Below are positions 1 to 13,512 of a stretch of 64,000 nt of DNA, piece after piece (the first letter of the stretch is position 1; each line of letters starts with the position of its first letter). The notes under the pieces are model-generated. The model did not search any database, was not told where the DNA came from, and saw only the letters and a list, made by a program, of their open reading frames with translations. Made by a program: the position numbers and the translations under genes. Where the stretch lies: positions 22,849-86,848 of the forward strand of contig JAGXAM010000011.1 of NCBI GenBank assembly GCA_019075905.1. The letters run 5' to 3'. Origin of the DNA: Hyphomicrobiales bacterium. Lineage in GTDB: Bacteria; Pseudomonadota; Alphaproteobacteria; Rhizobiales; Beijerinckiaceae.

Positions 1-1584
<1,584 letters not shown>

Positions 1585-1617
1585 GTCGCCCTCAGCCGCG
1601 GCCCCGCTCGCTCCAGC

Positions 1618-1986
1618 CTAGAATGCCGCGTGCAGGAAGATGGCGATGACGCACAAAAACCCGAGCGTGAACGCAGCCGAGCGCAGCGGCTGGTTGTCGG
1701 CAATGTAAAATACCAGATGGCCGATGCGCATGATGATGAAGGCCACGGCCAGCGCATTGGTGACAAGATTGGCGCCCTCGATCAGATGGGCAATGATCAC
1801 GGCCGCCGCAAAAAATCCGAAAGCCTCGAAGGCATTGAGATGCGCCCCGTTGGCGCGCGCCTTCGCCCCCTCAAGCTTCTGGGCGGCAAGGCGTGGTAGG
1901 TGCGGATCGAGGCTGCCGGCAATCACTGCAAAGGCCGCATAGGGCAGAAGCCCGGCAATGAACACGCACCAGAAGGCAATCGTCAT
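1618..1986 (-). CDS. small integral membrane protein, MAPEG-family-like
   Basis: 122-aa ORF with several hydrophobic helices. The MAPEG call rests on overall resemblance only; no diagnostic motif was verified. Confidence 0.55.
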   Translation of the reverse strand: MTIAFWCVFIAGLLPYAAFAVIAGSLDPHLPRLAAQKLEGAKARANGAHLNAFEAFGFFAAAVIIAHLIEGANLVTNALAVAFIIMRIGHLVFYIADNQPLRSAAFTLGFLCVIAIFLHAAF

Positions 1987-1995
1987 GGAACTCCC

Positions 1996-2706
1996 CTATT
2001 CTGCCGCGATCTTGCGCGCCTTGGCCTCGGCGGCCAGCGCCGCCAGCCTGGCTTGCGCCTCCGGCTGGATTAACCCGCAGGACATGACCAGCTTGACGCC
2101 CTCTTCCACGGTAATGGGCAATTCGACAATATCGCCGGCCGGCACATAGAAGAAAAAGCCGGTCGATACCGTCGGCGCGCAGCACAGGAAAACCGAGGCA
2201 TATTCGACCTCGTGCGGCAGATGCTCGCGGATGACCGGGCTTGGCGTCGCCGACAGGAACACCACCGACCACGCCCCCTTGACCGGATATTCCACCAGCC
2301 CGACCTTGCGGAACGACGTGCCATTGGTGGAAAATATCGTCTCGAAAATCTGTTTCAGGCTCTTGTAGATCGAGCGGATGATCGGTGTGCGGCTGAGCAG
2401 GCTCTCGCCGAGGCTCAGCAGCGTGCGCCCGAGAATATTGGCAGCGAGAAAGCCGAGCAGCGTCAGGAACAGCACCGCCAGCACGACACCCGTGCCCGGC
2501 ACTTTCACCGGCAGATAGGAATCGGGCCAGAACCGTTCCGGCAGCAGCGGGCGCACGAACCGGTCAACCGAGCCGACGAACCACCAGACCAGCCAGGCGG
2601 TCAGCGCCAGCGGCCCGGCGATGACGAGGCCGGTCAGAAACCAGTTGCGTAGGCGCGCTCCGAACGACATCGGGCGCGGCGGAAGCGGCGGCGGCAGCAT
2701 CGTCAT
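1996..2706 (-). CDS. DUF502-family membrane protein
   Basis: 236 aa. It has two N-terminal TM helices followed by LGESLLSRTPIIRSIYKSLKQIFETI and VGLVEYPVKGAWSVVF segments typical of DUF502. Confidence 0.75.
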   Translation of the reverse strand: MTMLPPPLPPRPMSFGARLRNWFLTGLVIAGPLALTAWLVWWFVGSVDRFVRPLLPERFWPDSYLPVKVPGTGVVLAVLFLTLLGFLAANILGRTLLSLGESLLSRTPIIRSIYKSLKQIFETIFSTNGTSFRKVGLVEYPVKGAWSVVFLSATPSPVIREHLPHEVEYASVFLCCAPTVSTGFFFYVPAGDIVELPITVEEGVKLVMSCGLIQPEAQARLAALAAEAKARKIAAE

Positions 2707-2846
2707 GTTACATCACCCCCGCTCTTCGTCGCGCCATGACATCATCGCCAGGGCATCGTTGCCGCATCATGAGACTAGCAAAATTATCGTGATTCGTCAT
2801 GAGCATCCTGCCATATCCCTGGCGATCATGGCAGATCGCCGCGCCT

Positions 2847-3686
2847 TCATGCGCGGGCATGCAGCGCCTGATGCACGTTCGACAAGGCCAGCGCGCAGGC
2901 ATTGGAAACATTCAGGCTGATGATCTTGCCGGGCAGATCGAGCCTTGCCATCACATCGCATGTCTCGCGGGTCAGGCGCCGCAGGCCCTCACCTTCCGCC
3001 CCTAGCACCAGCGCCACACTGCGCCCGGCACCCAGCCCTTCAACGGCCCCGGCCAGGGTATGCGGCGCATCCGAATCGAGCCCGACACACAAGGCACCGT
3101 CCTCGGCGAGATGGCGCAGTGCCCGCGCCAGGTTGACCACCCGCACGATCGGCACCATTTCCAGCCCGCCGGATGCGGCCTTGGCCAGCACGCCGCCCAT
3201 GTCCGGGGCGTTGCGGTCGGTCATTACCAGCGCATCGACATTGAAAGCGGCGGCGGTGCGGATGATCGCCCCGACATTATGCGGATCAGTGATCTGGTCG
3301 AGCACCAGCACGATCCCGGATTTGCGCTGGATCTCAGAAAGATCGAGATCAGGCAGCGGCCGACATTCGAGCAGCACGTTTTGATGCACCGCCTCGCGCG
3401 GCAGGCTGGCGCTGATGGCCTGGGGCGTGACTTCGGCGAGCGGGATCTTGCGCTGGGCCGCCAGGGCCTCAAGCCCGGCAAGGCTGCCGGCCGCTGCATG
3501 CAGCCGCAACACCTTGCGCGCCGGATTGAGCAGCGCCGCCCGCACGCTGTGCCAGCCATAGAGCAGCACCAGTTCCGGCGTGGCACGCGCCAGCACCTCG
3601 CCCATCGGCCTGCCCTGCAGGGCCTGCCCCCGGGCGCCGCCGGCCCGGTTGCGGCCGCCGCGCTCAAATCTGCGTTTGTCGTTCAT
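2847..3686 (-). CDS. rlmB: TrmH/SpoU-family RNA 2'-O-methyltransferase (23S rRNA Gm2251 methyltransferase RlmB-like)
   Basis: 279 aa with a basic N-terminal tail and SpoU motifs: LVLDQITDPHNVGAIIRTAAAF, LVLGAEGEGLRRLTRETCD, ISLNVSNACALAL. Confidence 0.85.
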   Translation of the reverse strand: MNDKRRFERGGRNRAGGARGQALQGRPMGEVLARATPELVLLYGWHSVRAALLNPARKVLRLHAAAGSLAGLEALAAQRKIPLAEVTPQAISASLPREAVHQNVLLECRPLPDLDLSEIQRKSGIVLVLDQITDPHNVGAIIRTAAAFNVDALVMTDRNAPDMGGVLAKAASGGLEMVPIVRVVNLARALRHLAEDGALCVGLDSDAPHTLAGAVEGLGAGRSVALVLGAEGEGLRRLTRETCDVMARLDLPGKIISLNVSNACALALSNVHQALHARA

Positions 3687-3757
3687 GGGGCCCTTTTAGC
3701 GGGCTGCACGCCATCCTGCCAGTGTCATGCGCACCCTTCAATAAGTTGATTTTGACG

Positions 3758-3786
3758 TTGACACGGCAAACCCCTTCACCCATAGA
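3758..3786 (+). promoter_or_regulatory. candidate sigma70-type promoter for the tRNA-Tyr/tRNA-Gly unit
   Basis: TTGACA (3758-3763), a 17-nt spacer, then CATAGA (3781-3786), about 75 nt upstream of tRNA-Tyr. Sequence match only. Confidence 0.3.
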
Positions 3787-3862
3787 CAAGCCGCGATGAA
3801 CGAGCCGGTAGCAATGCCGGGCCCGTCACCGTCTGTGTGGCCCTCCGAGGCCAGACGCAGAT

Positions 3863-3947
3863 GGAGGAGTGTCCCGAGTGGCAAAGGGGGCGGACTGTAA
3901 ATCCGCTGGCTACGCCTTCGTAGGTTCGAGTCCTACCTCCTCCACCA
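3863..3947 (+). tRNA. tRNA-Tyr (anticodon GTA), class II with long variable arm, encoded CCA
   Basis: Hand-folded cloverleaf. Acceptor GGAGGAG/CTCCTCC, anticodon stem GCGGA/TCCGC with loop CTGTAAA, T arm GTAGG-TTCGAGT-CCTAC, 3' ACCA. Confidence 0.95.
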
Positions 3948-3972
3948 TTTCCGCTGGCTGGCGCCACGCGCT

Positions 3973-4046
3973 GCGGGTGTAGCTCAATGGTAGAGCAGCA
4001 GCCTTCCAAGCTGAATACGAGGGTTCGATTCCCTTCACCCGCTCCA
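3973..4046 (+). tRNA. tRNA-Gly (anticodon TCC), encoded CCA
   Basis: Acceptor GCGGGTG/CACCCGC, D arm GCTC-AATGGTA-GAGC, anticodon loop CTTCCAA, T arm GAGGG-TTCGATT-CCCTT. Close to E. coli glyT as I recall it. Confidence 0.95.
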
Positions 4047-4088
4047 GCCCAATAGCAAGCGCCGCCCCAAGTAGTTGCAAGCACCTCT

Positions 4089-4204
4089 CCGCCGTCATTG
4101 CGAGCGCAAGCGAAGCAACCCAGGGGTTTGCGTAAAACCTCCGCCGCAGCACCCAGCGAGCCCCCTGGGTTGCTTCGTCGCTATCGCTCCTCGCAATGAC
4201 GGCG
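4089..4204. repeat. palindromic intergenic repeat, copy A (inverted relative to copies B and C)
   Basis: Left arm CCGTCATTGCGAGCGCAAGCGAAGCAACCCAGGGG. Right arm CCCCCTGGGTTGCTTCGTCGCTATCGCTCCTCGCAATGACGG. About 35-nt loop. Lies 43 nt downstream of tRNA-Gly. Confidence 0.85.
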
Positions 4205-4392
4205 TTGGGGGTGCTCCTCGCCGTGACGGAAGAGATGCTCCTTGCCATGAGGGCTGCCTTGCGCGCGCGTGCCGGTGATGCACTTTCGCTATATTGCACC
4301 GCGATAAATCAAGGTGTAACTGGCTTCGAGCCCACTCTGTTTTTCTGCATTGAAATCCAGTTTCTTCAGCCTCCAGACCACAGGATATCGCC

Positions 4393-7113
<2,721 letters not shown>

Positions 7114-7125
7114 GGGGCGGCGGCG

Positions 7126-8151
7126 CTAGCCGATCGACGCAGGCAGCGGCGTCCATATGACGTCGTCAATGCGCGGCGCGCCGGTGGCGAGCATCACCAG
7201 ACGGTCAAAGCCCAGCGCGCAGCCGCTGGCCGGCGGCATATGCGCCAGCGCTGCAAAAAACGCCTCGTCGAGCGGGTAGCGCATGCCGTAAAGGCGCTGG
7301 CGTTCGTCCATGGCCAGTTCCATGCGCCGGCGCTGCTCTGCGGCGTCGGTCAGTTCATCAAAGGCATTGGCGAGCTCGACCCCGCAGGCATAAAGCTCGA
7401 AACGCGCCGCCAGCCGCCGGTCATCGGGCTTCAGCCGCGCCAGCGCCGCCTCGCTCGCCGGATAATCGTACAGCAGGGTGGCGCGGCCATGGCCAAGGTG
7501 CGGCTCGATATGCGCCGCCAGCACCTTGCTGAAAATATCCGACCAGCTGTCATCGGCGCTGATGCGCAGGCCGAGCCCGGCTGCTGCGGCGGCAAAGCCA
7601 TGGCGCGCCGCCTCATCGCCGCCCAGCAGCGGCTCAAGGGCAATGCCGGCATGGCGCGCGAAGGCGTCGACCACGCTCAGCCGCTCCGGCTCGGCGCAAG
7701 GATCGCACCGCCTGTCGCGGTAAACCAGTTGCCTCGCACCGGCCGCCGCGGCGGTTAGCGCCAGCAGCGCCGCGCAATCCTGCATCATCGCCTCCAGCCC
7801 CGCCCCGGCGCGATACCATTCCAGCATGGTGAATTCGGGATGATGCAACGGCCCGCGCTCATGATTGCGATAAACATGGCCGAGCGAGAACAGCCGCGTC
7901 TCGCCGGCCGCCAGCAGCTTCTTGGCGGCAAATTCCGGCGAACTATGCAGATAAAGCGGTTGCGCCGGCCCGCCCGGCGGCTGGAATGCGGTCGCAAAGG
8001 CGCCGATATGAGTTTCATTGCCGGGCGATATCTGCAGATGCGCCGTATCGATCTCGACAAAATCCGCGGCAGCGAACCATTGCCGCAGGCTGTCGCGCAG
8101 ACGGTTGCGGGCGATCAGACCCGGCCGACGATCGGCATGGCGCGCCTCCAT
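7126..8151 (-). CDS. epmA: elongation factor P--(R)-beta-lysine ligase (GenX/PoxA, class II LysRS paralog)
   Basis: 341 aa. Aligns to E. coli EpmA through HHPEFTMLEWYR, RFELYACGVELANAFDELTD and GCALGFDRLVMLATG. Confidence 0.85.
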   Translation of the reverse strand: MEARHADRRPGLIARNRLRDSLRQWFAAADFVEIDTAHLQISPGNETHIGAFATAFQPPGGPAQPLYLHSSPEFAAKKLLAAGETRLFSLGHVYRNHERGPLHHPEFTMLEWYRAGAGLEAMMQDCAALLALTAAAAGARQLVYRDRRCDPCAEPERLSVVDAFARHAGIALEPLLGGDEAARHGFAAAAAGLGLRISADDSWSDIFSKVLAAHIEPHLGHGRATLLYDYPASEAALARLKPDDRRLAARFELYACGVELANAFDELTDAAEQRRRMELAMDERQRLYGMRYPLDEAFFAALAHMPPASGCALGFDRLVMLATGAPRIDDVIWTPLPASIG

Positions 8152-8163
8152 CAGCTTCGCCCC

Positions 8164-9363
8164 TCAGGCCAGCGGCAGGGCCTGACTGCGCGCCAGAGTC
8201 AGCATCACCCCGCGCAATTCGGCGAGGCCCTTGAGGCGGCCGATTGCCGAATAACCGGGAAAGGCACCCTTGCCGACATCATCCAGCAGGTCATGGCCGT
8301 GATCGGGCCGGAACGGCAAGCGCCAGTCCGCCCGCCCCGCCTGCCGCCGCCGCGCCTGCTCCTGCAGGAAGGTCTCGACGATGGCGATCATGTCATTATC
8401 GCCTTCGAGATGATCGGCCTCATAGAACGAGCCATCCGGCTCCTTGGTGACATTGCGCAAATGCACGAAATGGGTGTTGCCGGCAAAGGCGCACGCCAGG
8501 GCCGGCACATCATTGCCCGGCCCGGCCCCGAGCGAGCCGGTGCAGAAGGTCACGCCATTGGCATGCGAGGGCACCGCATCGACGATGAAGCGCAGGTCGT
8601 CATGGTTCGAGACAATGCGCGGCAGGCCCAGCAGCGAGCGCGGCGGATCATCGGGATGAATGGCAAAGCGCATGCCCAGTTCCTCGGCGGTCGGAATCAC
8701 TTCCTCCAGAAACCGCTTCAGGTTCTGCCGCAGCGTGCCGGCATCAATGCCATCATAACGCGCTAGAATCTTGCGCAGGGCCGGAATGTCATAGCGGTCG
8801 AACGCGCCCGGCAGCCCGGCCATGATGCTCGCCAGCAACCGGTCTTTTTCCGCCATGCTGGCATGATCGAACCATTGCCGGGCGCGCGCCAGCGTGGCCG
8901 GCGCATGGTCATCTTCCGCGCCCTTGCGCTGCAGCATAAAGACATCGAAAGCGGCATAGGCTGCAGCATCGAAGCGCAAGGCCGTGCCGCCACCCGGCCG
9001 CGGGTAATGCAGCGTGGTGCGCGTCCAGTCCAGCACCGGCATGAAATTATAGCAGATGGTCTTGATACCGCAGGCGGCAAGATTGCGCATCGAGGCGCGA
9101 TAATTGTCGAAGATCGGCGTCAGGTCACCCTCGCCGAGCTTGATGCGCTCATGCAACGGCAGGCTCTCGACCACATTCCAGTGCAGCCCGAGGCTGGCAT
9201 CACCGGCAATGATGGCCTGGCGGCGTGTGATTTCGGCGACGCTCCATTCCTCGCCATAGGGGATATGGTGCAGGCTGGTGACCACACCCTGCGCCCCCGC
9301 CTGCCTGATAGCCGCGAGCGGCACCTTGTCGTCCGGCCCGAACCAGCGCCAGCTTTGCTGCAT
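8164..9363 (-). CDS. uxuA: mannonate dehydratase
   Basis: Aligns end to end with E. coli UxuA (MQQSWRWFGPDD.., CYNFMPVLDWTRT, HPDDPPRSLLGLPRIV, PGYSAIGRLKGLAELRG). The ORF-track start at 9543 overlaps trpB. I chose the ATG at 9363; MVM at 9369 is also possible. Confidence 0.9.
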   Translation of the reverse strand: MQQSWRWFGPDDKVPLAAIRQAGAQGVVTSLHHIPYGEEWSVAEITRRQAIIAGDASLGLHWNVVESLPLHERIKLGEGDLTPIFDNYRASMRNLAACGIKTICYNFMPVLDWTRTTLHYPRPGGGTALRFDAAAYAAFDVFMLQRKGAEDDHAPATLARARQWFDHASMAEKDRLLASIMAGLPGAFDRYDIPALRKILARYDGIDAGTLRQNLKRFLEEVIPTAEELGMRFAIHPDDPPRSLLGLPRIVSNHDDLRFIVDAVPSHANGVTFCTGSLGAGPGNDVPALACAFAGNTHFVHLRNVTKEPDGSFYEADHLEGDNDMIAIVETFLQEQARRRQAGRADWRLPFRPDHGHDLLDDVGKGAFPGYSAIGRLKGLAELRGVMLTLARSQALPLA

Positions 9364-9374
9364 GACCATGCCCC

Positions 9375-10601
<1,227 letters not shown>

Positions 10602-10701
10602 GCTCCTCGAAAGACGCGGCGCGACGCGCTACGACATTGATAGCGGGTCGCAAATAGGGGGCGTGAAGTCAAGCATTGTTCGCGCGCCCCCGCTCTCCGC
10701 C

Positions 10702-11229
10702 TCAAGCCTTGATCAGGGCCAGAAAGCGCTCGAATTCATCATCGGCCACCGGCACCGTATGTTGCGGCGCCGGATAGGCGCCCGAGGCGACATCGGCATT
10801 GAACTCGCGGAAGGCGCCGATACGCTCCTGCTGCAGGCGGGCATATTCGGTGGCAAAATTGCGATAGGTCTTGGCATGGCGCGGCTTGTGCCCGGCAGTA
10901 TGGCCAAGCACATCCTCGGCGAACAGATATTGCGCATCGGCCCAGCGCCCGGCGCCCATGCCCAGCATCACCAGCGAGCTCATGCGGGTGATGACCTCGG
11001 CGACGCGATCGGGCACCACCTCAAGCTCCGCGCCAAAGCAGCCGATGGCTTCGGGCATGGTTGGCAGCCACTCGTACCACACCAGCAAATGGCAGCGATA
11101 TTTGCGGGTAAATCCCGGCCTGATACCCTCGCGGTGCTCAAAGGCGCGGCGGGCGAGGTTGGCGGTAACGCCCGTATAAATTGTGCCATTACGGCGGCTT
11201 GCCATGATGTAAACCGCAGGTTCGCGCAT
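10702..11229 (-). pseudogene. chimeric ORF: N-terminal GIY-YIG nuclease fragment (~54 aa) fused in frame to the C-terminal ~100 aa of 3-methyl-2-oxobutanoate hydroxymethyltransferase (PanB)
   Basis: GIY-YIG part: AVYIMASRRNGTIYTGVTANLARRAFEHREGIRPGFTRKY..LVWYEW, which then lacks the catalytic RE-QIK helix. PanB part: EAIGCFGAELEVVPDRVAEVITR..LGMGAGRWADAQYLFAEDVLGHTAGHKPRHAKTY..ADVASGAYPAPQHT. This aligns to E. coli PanB [77 protein letters not shown] Shine-Dalgarno sits 3 nt upstream of the ATG at 11229. Confidence 0.6.
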
Positions 11230-11343
11230 AAATCCTCCAAGGCTGCCCGAAAGGCAAGGCCACTGCAACCTGCATACAACCGCCACAAAACGCAAGCCCC
11301 CCCGGGGGGGTTGATGTCATCACCCCAAAGCGCCGCAACATCC

Positions 11344-11505
11344 CCATCATGGCGAGGAGCCCCCCTCCGCCGTCATTGCGAGGAGCGATAGCGACGAAGC
11401 AACCCAGCGGGTTCGGGTGATATGGCGGCGGAGATAGAGCGAAACCCCTGGGTTGCTTCGCTTACGCTCGCAATGACGGCGGAGCGGGGTCGCAATGACG
11501 GAGGG
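11344..11505. repeat. nested palindromic intergenic repeat, copy B
   Basis: The core (11367-11482) has arms CCGTCATTGCGAGGAGCGATAGCGACGAAGCAACCCAG and CTGGGTTGCTTCGCTTACGCTCGCAATGACGG. Outer half-arms are CATCATGGCGAGGAGC and GGGGTCGCAATGACGG. Confidence 0.85.
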
Positions 11506-11553
11506 TTGCGCTCGCGTTTGCGGCGTCTGCGCCTGGCTTGGGCCCCAGACAAC

Positions 11554-11581
11554 AAAAAACCCCGGTGGCGAACCACCGGGG
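11554..11581 (-). terminator. Rho-independent terminator of the porin gene
   Basis: On the minus strand: CCCCGGTGG-TTCG-CCACCGGGG followed by TTTTTT, 28 nt after the porin stop codon. Confidence 0.75.
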
Positions 11582-11608
11582 CCTTTATATCAAACCAGTC
11601 GGTTCAGA

Positions 11609-12958
11609 TCAGAACGTGCGCTGGAGACGGATCTTGCCGGTCCAGGTGCCGTAGTTCCCGCTGAAGCCAGCCGGGATCGCTGCGCCACCGGGGGTGGTCT
11701 GGTGAACCTTGGCGTATTCAACTTCGAGACCAATGGCGAAGCCCGCAACCGGAACCCACTCGTTGGTCAGGCCGAAGCGCCATTCGCTGAAGTTACCCAC
11801 ACCGCCAGCCGTCGGGGCCAGAGCGCGCACGGCAGCGGCCTGATCGAGCTGGGTGTAGCCGATGATACCACCGGTGAAGAACGTCGGCGACCAGTAGTGA
11901 CGCAGCGCGACGAGAGCCTCGAAACCGGCGGTCTTGTGGACCACGCCGTTAGCGTCAACAACGCCATCAGCCGTCGGGTAGGAGAGCTGGGCGCCCGGCT
12001 GAACCGCGGCACCGATCGAGTAGCCATTGTAGCCGAGATAGCCGGTTGCGCCATCAGCGTAAGCAGCTTCAAAGTACATGGCATCGCCAGCGCCGAGGGT
12101 CGGCAGGTTGATCTTCAGGCCAGCGAGGATGGCAAACCCAGTCTCGGTCTTGTTGCTCATAACGCCACCCGGCGAAACAAGCGGCACCCCAGCAGCATTG
12201 GTCAAAAGCTGGTCCTGATGCACGGCACCCGACAACTGGGCCGAACCCCAACCCTGGTCAACCCGCAGGTTGGCGACGAGGTCCGGGAAACGCTGGCCAG
12301 CTGCAGCAACAAACCCACCAGCGGAATTGCCGCCCAGATTGTCATAATACGGCAGTGAACGCGCCAGCGGGTCTTCGATCGACAGCGAGGCCGAGAAACC
12401 ACCGCCAAAAGTCGCAGTATAGGCGAGCAAATTGGTGGGGGTGTACGACGTATGGGTCGAGTCATAATCGTCAGCGGCGTAGATGTAGAAGTCGTAGAAC
12501 GACGTCGCGCGACCAGCGGTCAGGCCACCGAACTGGATGAAGGCCTTTTCAACACCAGCGGTCGAGGCTGCACCAGCACCCGAGTTGAAGTTGCCCTGGC
12601 CGAACACGCGCAGCACGCCATATTCCGTTGCCGTGCGAACGTCGAAGGTCGGCGCAAAGCGGGCAAAGAAATTGTTGACGCCCTGCTGGGCGGTCTGGCT
12701 CACAACGGTCGCGTAGTCATAACCCAGGAGGTTATGCGTGTCGGAGAAGTTGTAATCGACACGCAGATAGGCACCGATGTGCACGCAGGTGTCGGTCGAG
12801 CCCGGCAGATAGTAGAAGCCTGCGCCATAGGTGTCGCAGATGCGGACGTAGGAAACCGCAGGACCCTTTGTCCGGCGGGGAAGATCGGCTGCGTGAGCAA
12901 CCGCGACGCCGACCAGACCGGTCGCTGCGCCAAGGAGAAGACTCTTGATGAGCTTCAT
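11609..12958 (-). CDS. outer-membrane porin, alphaproteobacterial Porin_2 (Omp2/RopA-like) family
   Basis: Start chosen at MKLIKSLLLGAATGLVGVAVAHA|ADLP (signal peptide) with a GGAGG SD. The sequence is Gly/Tyr-rich with alternating beta-strand character and ends in the terminal RTF typical of OM beta-barrels. Confidence 0.85.
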   Translation of the reverse strand: MKLIKSLLLGAATGLVGVAVAHAADLPRRTKGPAVSYVRICDTYGAGFYYLPGSTDTCVHIGAYLRVDYNFSDTHNLLGYDYATVVSQTAQQGVNNFFARFAPTFDVRTATEYGVLRVFGQGNFNSGAGAASTAGVEKAFIQFGGLTAGRATSFYDFYIYAADDYDSTHTSYTPTNLLAYTATFGGGFSASLSIEDPLARSLPYYDNLGGNSAGGFVAAAGQRFPDLVANLRVDQGWGSAQLSGAVHQDQLLTNAAGVPLVSPGGVMSNKTETGFAILAGLKINLPTLGAGDAMYFEAAYADGATGYLGYNGYSIGAAVQPGAQLSYPTADGVVDANGVVHKTAGFEALVALRHYWSPTFFTGGIIGYTQLDQAAAVRALAPTAGGVGNFSEWRFGLTNEWVPVAGFAIGLEVEYAKVHQTTPGGAAIPAGFSGNYGTWTGKIRLQRTF

Positions 12959-13326
12959 GGTTAAACCTCCAAAAGAAAGAACCTGAACAGGATCTGGTTG
13001 AGCTTCCTTGTTCAGCGCGCCAGCTTGACCAACTGGCCTCGCTGCAACCGAACGTTTCGGCACCCCTCACCCCTGCCGACCGGTTCAGGCCGACAACATT
13101 GCAGATGACCCCGCAACGCCTGAGCATACTTGCCCTGATTTGCTTCTGCCGCCAAGCACTTTTGCCGCATTTTTGCCGTGCGGCTACATTTCCGGGGCGC
13201 AGTGTTGCAAATAAGCCACGCTTTTGCCCGAATGCCCCGCGAGCAGTTGGCCGAAAGCGGGAAACTACGTCGGAAAGCAGGTTAACACTCTGTTCATAAA
13301 GCCCGATTCGCAAGAAGCCCCCTCTC

Positions 13327-13486
13327 GCCGTCATCGCGAGGAGCACCCTTTCTCCGTCATTGCGAGGAGCAAAGCGACGAAGCAACCCAGGCGGCTCGGG
13401 TGATATTGCGGCGGGGATTGAGCAAAACCCCTGGGTTGCTTCGCTTACGCTCGCAATGACGTCGAAGAGGGGTCGCCATGACGGGG
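13327..13486. repeat. nested palindromic intergenic repeat, copy C (same orientation as B)
   Basis: The core (13352-13464) has arms CCGTCATTGCGAGGAGCAAAGCGACGAAGCAACCCAGG and CCTGGGTTGCTTCGCTTACGCTCGCAATGACG. Outer half-arms are CGCCGTCATCGCGAGGAGC and GGGGTCGCCATGACGGGG. Lies 27 nt downstream of the marR stop. Confidence 0.85.
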
Positions 13487-13512
13487 CATTACGCTTGCAA
13501 TTTCGCTGGCGA

